From assembly GCA_046328335.1 (NCBI GenBank), contig JAXLWU010000007.1:4094-68093 (forward strand): a stretch of 64,000 bases of DNA. Reading direction: 5' to 3'. Position numbers and translations under genes: made by a program. The notes beneath the pieces are model-generated. The model was not told where the DNA came from. It saw only the letters and a list, made by a program, of their open reading frames with translations, and did not search any database. The DNA comes from Thermomicrobiales bacterium. GTDB taxonomy: Bacteria; Chloroflexota; Chloroflexia; Thermomicrobiales; UBA6265. Shown here piece after piece: positions 30,262-39,250 of the stretch (position 1 is its first letter; each line of letters starts with the position of its first letter).

Positions 30262-31203
30262 ATGGGGGTCGTCCTGTTCTTCAGCATCTATCGGAAGTTT
30301 ACCGGTGGTCATCTCAAGGCGCGACACTACCTCGATCACGTGCTGACCTCCCGCGATTTCACGCCCCGCATCTGGTTCTCGGACAACTCGCGCTGGCAGG
30401 GCGATCCATTCTGGGATGGGATTTCGCCTCTCGTGGTCGACCACGACCACCCGATTCACCCCGATGTACTGTTCGTGGGCGGCCGCAACTGGCGGCTCGT
30501 CGACGACTATCCCGCTCTCGATCCAACGATCCCCATCCTCAATCTGGTGCAGCACGTCCGGCATGCGGACGAGGACGATATCCGGTTCGAGTATCTCGGA
30601 CGGAAGGCGATCCGCATCTGTGTCAGTCCTGAAGTCGAAACCGCGATCCGGGCTGCCGGGTGTGTCGGCCCCACAGTCGTGATCCCCAATGGCATCGATT
30701 TGCCCGTAGCCGAGCCTGATAGCGCAGCGGCGCGTCCTGTCGACCTCCTGGTTGCCGGTTTGAAACAGCCGGAGACTGCCATCCGCGTGGGACACGCGCT
30801 GTCCGCACCCGGGAGAGCGATCGAGGTGCTGACCGAGCGACTGCCGCGTAACGAATTCCTGAACGCGGTGCGGCGCGCGCGGGTCACGCTGTTCCTCCCT
30901 CATTTCGAAGAGGGGTTTTATCTGCCCGCGCTGGAGGGGATGGCGCTGGGCACGGTGGTGGTGTGCCCGGACTGCATCGGCAACCGTTCGTTCTGCCTGC
31001 CCGCGGTCAACGCGTTCCGGCCGCCATATCTGATCGACGACCTGATCGCCGCGACCGATGCCGCGCTGACGCTCGGGGCAGAGGTCATGGCCAACCTGCG
31101 TCGAGCGGCACGTGAGATGGCGCAAGCGCATAGCATTGCCACGGAGCGGCAACTGTTTCACTCGGTGTTGGACAATATTGATGTCTTATGGAAGGAGTCA
31201 TGA
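30262..31203 (+). CDS. GT-B (GT4-like) glycosyltransferase, paralogue 1
   Basis: ORF trimmed to the ATG at 30262, giving 313 aa, the same length as paralogue 34649..35590. Contains EGFYLPALEGMALGTVVVCPDCIGNRSF, which resembles the GT4 E-x7-E region. Confidence 0.7.
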   Translation: MGVVLFFSIYRKFTGGHLKARHYLDHVLTSRDFTPRIWFSDNSRWQGDPFWDGISPLVVDHDHPIHPDVLFVGGRNWRLVDDYPALDPTIPILNLVQHVRHADEDDIRFEYLGRKAIRICVSPEVETAIRAAGCVGPTVVIPNGIDLPVAEPDSAAARPVDLLVAGLKQPETAIRVGHALSAPGRAIEVLTERLPRNEFLNAVRRARVTLFLPHFEEGFYLPALEGMALGTVVVCPDCIGNRSFCLPAVNAFRPPYLIDDLIAATDAALTLGAEVMANLRRAAREMAQAHSIATERQLFHSVLDNIDVLWKES

Positions 31204-32042
31204 TGTCGATTGAGCCCTTGAACACCGTGGCTGGCGCGTCTCGCCCCGCGCGTCACAAGGATATCGAGGAACGCGATCCTCCACCGGAGCGGATCGCAAG
31301 CGCCGGCGAGCGCCAACTGCCCGACTTCATCATTATCGGCGCTCAGCGCGGGGGCACCACCTCGCTCTATCGCTACCTGGTGGAACATCCTGACATCGGT
31401 CCCGCCTACTGCAAGGAAGTGCACTATTTCGACCGCTACTTCGATCGAGGCCCGAACTGGTATCTGGCGCACTTCCCCATTCGCGGCGAGTACAAGATCG
31501 CGGGTGAGGCGAGTCCGTACTACCTCTTTCACCCCGAGGTTCCTGAACGGCTGCGCGAGTACGTGCCAAACGCGAAACTGATCGCCTTGCTGCGCAATCC
31601 GATCGATCGGGCCTACTCCCAGTACCAGATGAACTCCCGGAAGGGCAACGAGTCCCTTTCGTTCGAGGAAGCGGTGGAACGGGAACCGGAACGTCTCGCT
31701 GGAACTGATGACCCTCTCGATCCCTCCTGGCGCCATCACTCCTATCTCGCGCGCGGGTTGTACGCGGAGCAGTTGCGCCGCTGGTTCGAGATCTTTCCGC
31801 GCGACCAGATCATGGTCATCCAGAGCGAGCGCTTCTACGGAAATCCGGAACGGACCTTGCATGAGGTTCAGGCGGCAATTGGATTACCTCCCCACACACC
31901 GGGACGATTCAAGGCCTTTCATCAGTCCGAGTATCCGCAGATGGATGACGCGCTGCTCGAACGCCTGCGGGCCCATTTTGCGCCGCACAATCGCGACCTG
32001 TATGACCTCCTGGGCGTCGACTTCGGATGGGACCATGCCTGA
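31200..32042 (+). CDS. Sulfotransferase, family C (heparan-NST / Sulfotransfer_1-like), copy 1
   Basis: ATG at 31200 preceded by GGAAGGAG, overlapping the upstream stop. Has the 5'-PSB PDFIIIGAQRGGTTSLYRYL and the 3'-PB LLRNPIDRAYSQY. Confidence 0.8.
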   Translation: MMSIEPLNTVAGASRPARHKDIEERDPPPERIASAGERQLPDFIIIGAQRGGTTSLYRYLVEHPDIGPAYCKEVHYFDRYFDRGPNWYLAHFPIRGEYKIAGEASPYYLFHPEVPERLREYVPNAKLIALLRNPIDRAYSQYQMNSRKGNESLSFEEAVEREPERLAGTDDPLDPSWRHHSYLARGLYAEQLRRWFEIFPRDQIMVIQSERFYGNPERTLHEVQAAIGLPPHTPGRFKAFHQSEYPQMDDALLERLRAHFAPHNRDLYDLLGVDFGWDHA

Positions 32043-32883
32043 CACGATCCTGATCACCGGTACGCCACGGTCCGGTACCACGCTGACCTGTCACTTGCTG
32101 AACAAGTTGCCAAACACGGTTGCCCTGCACGAACCGATGCGGGGCAAGGACATGCGCCACGGGGAGGGTATCTGCGCCGCCGTAACCGCGTTCTGCGCGG
32201 AGCAACGCGCCTCGATCCTGAAAGCGGGGCTCGCCATCACCAAGCATGCCGGTGGGGCGGTCCCGGCAAACCCGGTGGGTGACAACCGGACCGCGGAGGG
32301 TTACCGGGAGCGGGTTGTCACCAAGGGTGAGATCGAGATCGACAAGCCGGTCGATCCGGATTTCACGCTCGCGGTCAAGCATTGCGGTTCGTTTACGGCC
32401 ACGCTGGACCGCCTGGTCGCCGAATTCCCAGTCTATGGTCTTGTCCGCAACCCACTCGCGACCCTGGCCTCCTGGAGTTCGGTCGATTTCCCGATTCGCC
32501 AGGGCCGGGTACCGACCGCGGAGCGGCTCGATCGCGAACTCGAGGCGACGCTCGATCAGATCGATGACACCCTCGATCGGCAGCTCTTCCTGCTCGATTG
32601 GTTTCACGAGCGAATGCGCCGGTATCTCCCCGAGGCGTCCATTGTCAGGTACGAGGCAGTAGTGGAAACCGGCGGCGCGGCGCTGGCCGTCATGCATCCG
32701 GCCGCTTCGCACTTGTCCGAGGACCTGGACAGCCAGAACCTGAGCAAGCAGTACGACCGCGATCACATGCTTCGACTCGGCGAACGACTTCTGGCCTCAG
32801 ACGGGGCATACTGGAAATCGTACGACCGGCGCGAGGTCGAGAATCTGCTCGACGATCTCCGCGCGCTCCCCGTCGCGAGGTGA
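32035..32883 (+). CDS. Sulfotransferase, family A, copy 3
   Basis: ATG at 32035 overlaps the upstream gene by 8 nt. Contains ILITGTPRSGTTLTCHLLN ... VRNPLATLASW. Confidence 0.7.
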   Translation: MPDTILITGTPRSGTTLTCHLLNKLPNTVALHEPMRGKDMRHGEGICAAVTAFCAEQRASILKAGLAITKHAGGAVPANPVGDNRTAEGYRERVVTKGEIEIDKPVDPDFTLAVKHCGSFTATLDRLVAEFPVYGLVRNPLATLASWSSVDFPIRQGRVPTAERLDRELEATLDQIDDTLDRQLFLLDWFHERMRRYLPEASIVRYEAVVETGGAALAVMHPAASHLSEDLDSQNLSKQYDRDHMLRLGERLLASDGAYWKSYDRREVENLLDDLRALPVAR

Positions 32884-32935
32884 CCGGACTGAGGGCTCAG
32901 GCAGAGAGGCCGGCCCCAAACGGCGCGGCAACCGC

Positions 32936-33667
32936 CTACCGCACCTCGTAACCCAGCGCTTTGATCAGGTCCGCGTACTGGTCGCGGAAGATGGTCAAAT
33001 GCACGTTGCCGAGTTTGTCGCGCGAGTCACCGACCTTGCCGACTCGTACGTGCCGCGCCAGCCGCTTGCTCATCTTCCGCATATTGTCCACGCTGCAGGC
33101 GTCGATGGCTTTGTCGATGCGGTCGCGATCGACCGGCTCGATCTGGTTCGTGACCGCCGTCAGCGCGCCGACCGCGTCGCGGTGCAGATCTTCGTAGCGA
33201 ACGACGATGGCGCGGCCGCTGTGGATCCATTCCTCGCCCCGGCGCATCTGATCGCCGAAGCCGGTGGCCAGGTAGTCGAGGATCGCTGGATCCTCGAGCG
33301 GTTTGCCGTACATGGTGTCGCGCGGGCGTTCCTTGGGGCGCACCTTGCCCTTCTCCTTGTCGAAATCGGTCCGCGACTGGATCCAGTAGTACATGGAGAC
33401 GAACGCGTCGTACGGATCCCGAATGATGGTCACCAGATGCGCAGGTGTGTCGTCAATGGCGTCGCACAATTTCGCCTTGTAGCGGCAGTGCTGATGAAAG
33501 ATGGTGCCATCGGGGAAACGCCCGTCCGCGATGAATTTGCGGAACTCCTCGACATTGGTATCGGGAGAGTCATCGCCGTTGATCCACTTCAGGTCGTAGA
33601 CCTGGCTGAGGAGGCACTTGATCCACTTGTTCCCCATTTTGGGGGGCGACGTAATGACGATGCGCAA
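32936..33667 (-). CDS. Sulfotransferase, family B (cytosolic-SULT-like), copy 1
   Basis: TTG start at 33665-33667, 5 nt after GGAGGA. Contains IVITSPPKMGNKWIKCLL (variant PSB loop), IIRDPYDAFVS (3'-PB) and VGKVGDSRDKL (GxxGDW-like). Confidence 0.7.
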   Translation of the reverse strand: MRIVITSPPKMGNKWIKCLLSQVYDLKWINGDDSPDTNVEEFRKFIADGRFPDGTIFHQHCRYKAKLCDAIDDTPAHLVTIIRDPYDAFVSMYYWIQSRTDFDKEKGKVRPKERPRDTMYGKPLEDPAILDYLATGFGDQMRRGEEWIHSGRAIVVRYEDLHRDAVGALTAVTNQIEPVDRDRIDKAIDACSVDNMRKMSKRLARHVRVGKVGDSRDKLGNVHLTIFRDQYADLIKALGYEVR

Positions 33668-33699
33668 CCGGTTCCTCCGTTGGCGGTTCAGTTCGCGGC

Positions 33700-34419
33700 C
33701 TAGCGAACCTCGTATCCCAGATCCTTGATCATGTCGGCATATTTTTCGCGGAAAATCGCGAGGTGCTCTTCGTTCAGTTTTTCGCGCGAGTCGCCAACCT
33801 TCGCGGCGCGCACATGCTTCGATTTCTCGCCACCCATCAGGCGCATCTTGTCCGCGGTGCAGGCATCGACCGCGGCGGCGATCTTCTCGTCCGGTACTGG
33901 CTGAATCTGGTCGGTGATGCTGCGAAGTTCGGTGATGGGATCGGAATGCAGCCGTTCATAGCGAACGATCAAACTTCGCCCACTCTGCAGCCACTCTCGC
34001 GCTCGCCGCATGTTGTTGCGGAAACCGCCGTTGCGCAGATAGGCGAGCACCTCGGGATCGCTCAGCGACTTGCCGAGCATGATGTCGGTGCGACGGCCGC
34101 TGCGCAGCCCGTCGTCCTTGTGCTGCTGGATGGTGAAATACGAGGAGACGAACCCGTCGTACGGATCGCGGATGATGGTGACCGCGTGGGCGGGAACCCG
34201 CTCGATCAGATTGGCAAGATCTTCCGAGTAGTCGTAGTGCTGGTGGAAGAGGGTGTTGTCGGGGAACTTGCCAGCGTCAACCCACTCCTGCAGCAGATGC
34301 AGTTGCGGGCGCCGTGGCGTTTCCCGGTTGCCCAGTGGCCGCAGATCGTAGACATGGGCCAGGATGCACTTGAGCCAGACATTTCCGGCTTTCGGCGGTC
34401 CCGCAATGATGATCCTCAC
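33700..34419 (-). CDS. Sulfotransferase, family B, copy 2
   Basis: GTG start at 34417-34419 after GGAGG. Contains IIIAGPPKAGNVWLKCIL, IIRDPYDGFVS and AAKVGDSREKL. Confidence 0.7.
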   Translation of the reverse strand: MRIIIAGPPKAGNVWLKCILAHVYDLRPLGNRETPRRPQLHLLQEWVDAGKFPDNTLFHQHYDYSEDLANLIERVPAHAVTIIRDPYDGFVSSYFTIQQHKDDGLRSGRRTDIMLGKSLSDPEVLAYLRNGGFRNNMRRAREWLQSGRSLIVRYERLHSDPITELRSITDQIQPVPDEKIAAAVDACTADKMRLMGGEKSKHVRAAKVGDSREKLNEEHLAIFREKYADMIKDLGYEVR

Positions 34420-34603
34420 CGGATCGCACCCCTCCTCGTAACGGCATCCCCAGCATGGTTTTCACCTGAGAGCCCGAACCGATCCCGCGCTGCAGCCATA
34501 GCTGTGGCGCCGATTTCCGGCGAGCGAACGCGCGGGTTGTCGCTCGGGCGATTGCGGAGTGTACCAAAGTACCGTGCCCAGGAGTCGCAGGGGATGTCTC
34601 GGC

Positions 34604-34609
34604 TAGAAT
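34604..34609 (+). promoter_or_regulatory. Candidate -10 box TAGAAT
   Basis: 40 nt upstream of the GTG at 34649. Same hexamer as at 30121..30126 upstream of the paralogue. Confidence 0.35.
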
Positions 34610-34648
34610 CGCACCCTGAGACAAGCCGCTTCGCGACAAAGGACCTCC

Positions 34649-35590
34649 GTGCGCAACGTCCTGTTCTACCGGAAGTACCGCCGCTTTCACGGCGGTCACC
34701 TCAAAGTCTGGAACTACTTCAACCATGTGCGCACGGCGCCCGGCTTTGATGCCCAGGTGCTGTTCGATGCCAACTCGTCCTGGGATGCCACCAACCCCTG
34801 GCACGAGGCGCGGGAGCGGGTGTTCGACCGGGTCGATCAGGTCTCGCCCGATGTGCTCTTCATCGCCGGGCGTGACTGGCAGCGGCTCGATGCGCTTGGA
34901 TTGCTCGATCGCGATCTGCCGATCCTGAACATCATCCAGCATGTGCGCCATGCCGAAGACTGGAGCATCCAGTCGCGGTATCTCGATCGCAAGGCGATTC
35001 GCATTTGCGTCAGCGATGAAGTCGCCGAGGTGGTGAGCGGCGCTGGCAGCCGCGGTCCGGTGGTCGTCATTCCCAATGCGGTCGATGTACCGGCGACATC
35101 CGACGACGGATCTGCTTCGCGTCCGATCGATCTGTTCATTGCGGGATTGAAGAATAGCGGAACGGCGGCGCGAGCCGCCTCCGCGCTGAGCGCACCGGAC
35201 CGAACGATCGACATTGTGACCGATCAGTTGCCCCGCGACGAGTTTCTGGATCGAATCCGCCGGGCGCGAGTGTCGCTTTTCCTCCCGAACGACGACGAGG
35301 GGTTCTATCTGCCGGCGCTCGAAGGGATGGCGCTCGAAACACTGGTGGTCTGCCCGGACTGTGTTGGCAACCGCTCGTTCTGCATTCCTGGCGAGACGGC
35401 CTTCCGGCCCGACTACGATTTCGACCAGTTGATCGCGGCGACCGAGGCCGCACTCACGCTGCCCGCGGCAGAAGCGAACCGCATGCTCGAGCAGGGGCGA
35501 GCGATGGCGCGCCGGCATAGCCTTCCCGCCGAGCGGGAGGCATTTCATCAGGTCCTGGCCGATCTGGACGAACTCTGGGCCCAAGCCTGA
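34649..35590 (+). CDS. GT-B (GT4-like) glycosyltransferase, paralogue 2
   Basis: 313 aa. Roughly half of its positions are identical to 30262..31203 by eye. Contains EGFYLPALEGMALETLVVCPDCVGNRSF. Confidence 0.7.
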   Translation: MRNVLFYRKYRRFHGGHLKVWNYFNHVRTAPGFDAQVLFDANSSWDATNPWHEARERVFDRVDQVSPDVLFIAGRDWQRLDALGLLDRDLPILNIIQHVRHAEDWSIQSRYLDRKAIRICVSDEVAEVVSGAGSRGPVVVIPNAVDVPATSDDGSASRPIDLFIAGLKNSGTAARAASALSAPDRTIDIVTDQLPRDEFLDRIRRARVSLFLPNDDEGFYLPALEGMALETLVVCPDCVGNRSFCIPGETAFRPDYDFDQLIAATEAALTLPAAEANRMLEQGRAMARRHSLPAEREAFHQVLADLDELWAQA

Positions 35591-35614
35591 CGCTCTGGGT
35601 ACAGCGACATGCAG

Positions 35615-35815
35615 ACGTGTGTCGTCCCGAGGAACGAGGGACCTCGGCGTTCGTCTGTCGCAGACCGACGAACGAGATTCCTCGCGGCGGCTCGGCAAGA
35701 CACGACATTCGCACGCTGCTGCAGGGGATGGTGGCGCAGCGAGGAAACCGCCATAGCGCGGTGCCTTGCTGAATCCGCAGGCGACGCCTCGGTGCGTCGT
35801 CGCGTCGCACTCGTG
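35615..35815. repeat. R2 full-length copy followed by an R3-like fragment
   Basis: 35620..35712 parallels 14663..14757. 35775..35812 (CAGGCGACGCCTCGGTGCGTCGTCGCGTCGC) is R3-like. It fills the gap between convergent genes. Confidence 0.65.
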
Positions 35816-35874
35816 GTGGCGAGATGCTTCCTTCGTCAGCATGACCCATGGGGGCGGCGGTGGACTCGATTCGC

Positions 35875-36594
35875 TCAGCGAACGGGATAGCCGAGTTGTG
35901 CGATGAGGTCGGCGCACGACTCGCGAAACGCGCCGAGGTGATCCGCGGTCAACTGGTCGTGCGAATCGCCGACGGTGGCCTTGCGCACATGCTTTGCGCC
36001 GCCCTTGGTGCGCTGCCGCATCTTGTCGGCGCGGCAGTAATCGATCGCGACCTCGAGTTGTTCGTCCGGTAGCGGCGCAATGCTGGCAGTGAGCCGGCGG
36101 AGTTCGCCGAGAGAATCACGGCTGAGGTCCTCGTACCGGACAACTGCCGCTTTACCACACGTCGACCAATCGATCGCCTTTTGCAGATTGTTGCGGTAGC
36201 CGCCCTCGCGAATGAACGCGACAACGGTGGGATCATCGAGCGGTACGCCCATCAGCTCGGTGAACTTGCGCCCTTTCCGGTTGTCCTCGGCGGCATGCTG
36301 TTGCAACGTGTAATACGTCGAAACGAACGCGTCGTAGGGGTCGCGCACGATTGTCACCAGGTTCGCGCCACCAGCCACCAACGCATCCGCCGTCTCGGCA
36401 TCGTATTCGAAATGCTGGTGAAAGATGGTGTTGTCGGGGAACCGGCCCGAGGTCAGCCACTCCCGCAGCGAGCTCAGGTCAGCCTGCGCCGGCGTTTCGT
36501 GCGGTCGCAGCCAGCGTAGACCGTAGGCACGGCCGAGGAGGCATTTGAGCCACATGTTGCCGGTTTTCGGTGGTCCGGTGATGACGATTCTCAC
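35875..36594 (-). CDS. Sulfotransferase, family B, copy 3
   Basis: ORF 35875..36741 trimmed to the GTG at 36592-36594 (GGAG 8 nt upstream), giving 239 aa, the same as copy 2. Contains IVITGPPKTGNMWLKCLL, IVRDPYDAFVS and KATVGDSHDQL. Confidence 0.7.
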   Translation of the reverse strand: MRIVITGPPKTGNMWLKCLLGRAYGLRWLRPHETPAQADLSSLREWLTSGRFPDNTIFHQHFEYDAETADALVAGGANLVTIVRDPYDAFVSTYYTLQQHAAEDNRKGRKFTELMGVPLDDPTVVAFIREGGYRNNLQKAIDWSTCGKAAVVRYEDLSRDSLGELRRLTASIAPLPDEQLEVAIDYCRADKMRQRTKGGAKHVRKATVGDSHDQLTADHLGAFRESCADLIAQLGYPVR

Positions 36595-36631
36595 CGCGCA
36601 GGCTCCATGCCGCGGAGGCCGTCGTCGCGCA

Positions 36632-37933
36632 TCAGACGGCGTACCCGAACTGCTGCAGGACGTCCCCGAACTCGGCGTTGACCACGTCCTGCAACTCTGG
36701 CGAGAGCGAACTGCGCCAGCGGCCCAACGAGGTGGAGACATCGCTGCTGGTGATGTGCCGGGTCGATTCCGGGTTCTCGGCGGAAGCCCGATCGAGCATG
36801 CCCGCGATCACCGCCTCGGAGGCGTCCAGTTCGAGATACTGGAGCACGCCGCGCAGGATCTCCTCCGGCTGGGTGATGAGATCCTCGTAGCGGATCAGGT
36901 GCGCGCGGGACTGTCGTTTTGGCCAGGAACGACTCAGATTGCGGATCGTGCTGTTTCGCAGGAAATGCGCGAATTCCTCGTCGGTCTTGAGATGGGGCGG
37001 TCCAAAGGCGCGGCGTCCGAACTTCTTGTTGTACGCGAGCATCGAACTGAAGACATCGCGGAAGTCCCGGACCAGGAAGATCTCTTTCGCCTTGGGATAG
37101 AGTTCCCAGACCAGCCAGGGCAGATTGTCGGCGCGATGCTTCTCTCCCATATAGCGGACGTTGCTCTGGCCCTGACCGGCGGCGATCCGCAGGTACGTCT
37201 CCTCGGCGCTGCGCTGGCAAAAGCGGGCCAAATCCTCGACATATTCGCGGCCCATCCAGTCGATCAATCCGGGCGTGACACCGATCGGCTCCGGATAAAA
37301 CGGGTTGTGCCCGATCCACTGCTTGTTGGTCTGAAACCGGTCCGCCTGGGCCGAGTGATGGGGATCACGCGGTTCGGACAGGGTCTTCAACATGTGCCAC
37401 CAGTAGCGGGCGGTGCGGAGTTCGTAGGGGTGGAAGCGGTGGACGACGATCTCGGGATGCTCCGAGAGGAGACGCATGGTCCAGGTCGTTCCGGCGCGGC
37501 CCATGGTCGTCAGCATCAGGGGTTGCAACCGTGGTTCGAACCCGGATTGCACCGGTGCGTGACGCAACCGCACGCCACCGAGCCGCGCCCGTGAGCCGTC
37601 ATCGAGCACGGCGCGAATCTGCAATTCCGTCTCCGGTTCGAGGCCGACCACGCTCACCCAGGTACGGAAACCCGCATGACCGGCGCCGGGAACATCCGGG
37701 TAGTCGCGCGCCACGTCCGGCCGTTCCTGATCGAGCGGAGCGCGCCGGAGGACGACACCGCCCTGGTGAATCTCGACCTCCTGGACGCGCTGGCCGTCGC
37801 CGATGGCCCAACCGGCGATTTCGAGGTCATAGACATTGCGCGTGCCGATGCGGGGCGCATCGAGGGCAAAACTCCGGATCTTGCCCGTCTGCGGAGCGCC
37901 GAGCTCGATATCGTCGATGTCGATCAGCGCCAT
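36632..37933 (-). CDS. Two-domain protein: N-terminal roughly 105-aa recurring module plus family D sulfotransferase
   Basis: The module (about 37559..37933) has LEIAGWAIG...RPDVARDYPDVPGAGHAGF. The ST domain has TTMGRAGTTWTMRLL (5'-PSB), FLVRDFRDVFSS (3'-PB) and SLGRWRSSL. Confidence 0.65.
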   Translation of the reverse strand: MALIDIDDIELGAPQTGKIRSFALDAPRIGTRNVYDLEIAGWAIGDGQRVQEVEIHQGGVVLRRAPLDQERPDVARDYPDVPGAGHAGFRTWVSVVGLEPETELQIRAVLDDGSRARLGGVRLRHAPVQSGFEPRLQPLMLTTMGRAGTTWTMRLLSEHPEIVVHRFHPYELRTARYWWHMLKTLSEPRDPHHSAQADRFQTNKQWIGHNPFYPEPIGVTPGLIDWMGREYVEDLARFCQRSAEETYLRIAAGQGQSNVRYMGEKHRADNLPWLVWELYPKAKEIFLVRDFRDVFSSMLAYNKKFGRRAFGPPHLKTDEEFAHFLRNSTIRNLSRSWPKRQSRAHLIRYEDLITQPEEILRGVLQYLELDASEAVIAGMLDRASAENPESTRHITSSDVSTSLGRWRSSLSPELQDVVNAEFGDVLQQFGYAV

Positions 37934-38065
37934 GAACCGCGCAATCCTTTCCTGTTCTTCACTATCGTCCCGGTCGCGCCGCGCCGGGCATGCAAACTCG
38001 CAAACCGTGACAGAGTGCGGGGAGGTGTGTCAAGGTGGCAGCAGAGTATCGCCAGCACGGGAATG

Positions 38066-39250
38066 TCATGTCCAGCCCGGATCCCAGCCGAGAAGGTCCG
38101 CGAGGGCGGCATTGGCGGGCGCGAAATGGGCGACCAGGCGCTCGCGCATCGCCAGCGAGAGGGGGGGGCCGGTGTTGCGATTGTAGACCGCGAACGGAAT
38201 GTCCTCTCCCGGCGGCAGACCGAGAAACGCGGTCACGGTCGTGAACGTATCGGCGGTCCGCGCGTAGAGGTCTTCACTCCGCAGGATCAGCATCTGTTCC
38301 TGGGGAAACGTCGCAAACCAGCGCCGGAGTTGGTGCGTGTAGTCCCCGCGTGCCTGGTAGCTGAAATGCTTGTGAGGACGACTGGCATACGCCGGATCGG
38401 TTACGAGCCGCGCTTCCTCGCCGGCCAGTCGTGTGGCCTCGGCGTCCAGCGCTGCAGCGAAGTCGAGTGGTTCATCTCCCCGCTGCCGTTCCATGAGGTA
38501 GTGCGAATAGGCTCGCTCGACCGGGTTGCGGAGCAGGACGATCAGTTTCGCGTCGGGTGCGGTCTGGGCCAGCCGCCGTGGCGCCAATGGGTGGAAGAGC
38601 GCATACGGCGTCGCTTCCCCGGTGAGATAGCCGGCTGGCAACCGTGCCGGGAACTGCCCGCGATACCAGTCCTCGCCGCGAGCGTGACGATCGGTCAGGT
38701 AATGAATTTCCTTGGTTTCCGGGAGGGTGATTTGGGAATGTGCGCCAAGATAGGCATGGAGCGATGTAGTTCCGCCACGCTGCGTACCGATAATGAGGAA
38801 ATCTGGTCGATCAACGAGGCGAAAATCTGGTCCTGTCTCGATTTCAACTGCGGTGAGGTCCAGACGAACGGTGGCGAGATCGATGGATGTTTCATCCGCG
38901 AGTATCGCCTGAACGACGAGTGACGTTTCCCCGACCTCCGCAGCGAGCCCCGTCCAGCAAAGGAATCCGCTCTTGCGGGCAAGGGGAAGCGCCGGGTAGT
39001 CACCCGCAACGTCTGGCCTCGGCACATCGAGGGGATGGGTTGTTCCCATTTGGTCATGATTGAGGATGCGCACCCCAACCACCGGCTCCCGCTCGCCGAT
39101 GACCCAGCCACTGATCTCGATGCCGGCCCCTGGTGATACAGCGCCGCGCTGAGGCGAGTCGATCGCGAATGCGGCGATGCGTGGGTCGTTGCCATGACGC
39201 GCAACGTCCAGGACACGAACCTGGCGTCGCGGTTGTCGCTCTGGACTCAC
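38066..39250 (-). CDS. Two-domain protein: N-terminal recurring module plus family C sulfotransferase (copy 2)
   Basis: GTG at 39248-39250 overlaps the upstream stop (GTGA). The module (about 38855..39175) has IEISGWVIG...RPDVAGDYPALPLARKSGF. The ST domain has PDFLIIGTQRGGTTSLHAYL and LLRNPVERAYSHY. Confidence 0.75.
   Translation of the reverse strand: MSPERQPRRQVRVLDVARHGNDPRIAAFAIDSPQRGAVSPGAGIEISGWVIGEREPVVGVRILNHDQMGTTHPLDVPRPDVAGDYPALPLARKSGFLCWTGLAAEVGETSLVVQAILADETSIDLATVRLDLTAVEIETGPDFRLVDRPDFLIIGTQRGGTTSLHAYLGAHSQITLPETKEIHYLTDRHARGEDWYRGQFPARLPAGYLTGEATPYALFHPLAPRRLAQTAPDAKLIVLLRNPVERAYSHYLMERQRGDEPLDFAAALDAEATRLAGEEARLVTDPAYASRPHKHFSYQARGDYTHQLRRWFATFPQEQMLILRSEDLYARTADTFTTVTAFLGLPPGEDIPFAVYNRNTGPPLSLAMRERLVAHFAPANAALADLLGWDPGWT

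Noticed and set aside
34277-35917. 546-aa minus-strand ORF, the longest unassigned ORF in the track
   Set aside because: It runs antisense to the well-supported GT4-like gene 34649..35590 and through the R2/R3 repeat block. Its translation is Arg/Pro/Gly-rich low-complexity sequence, typical of shadow ORFs in high-GC DNA. It has no SD and no recognisable domain.
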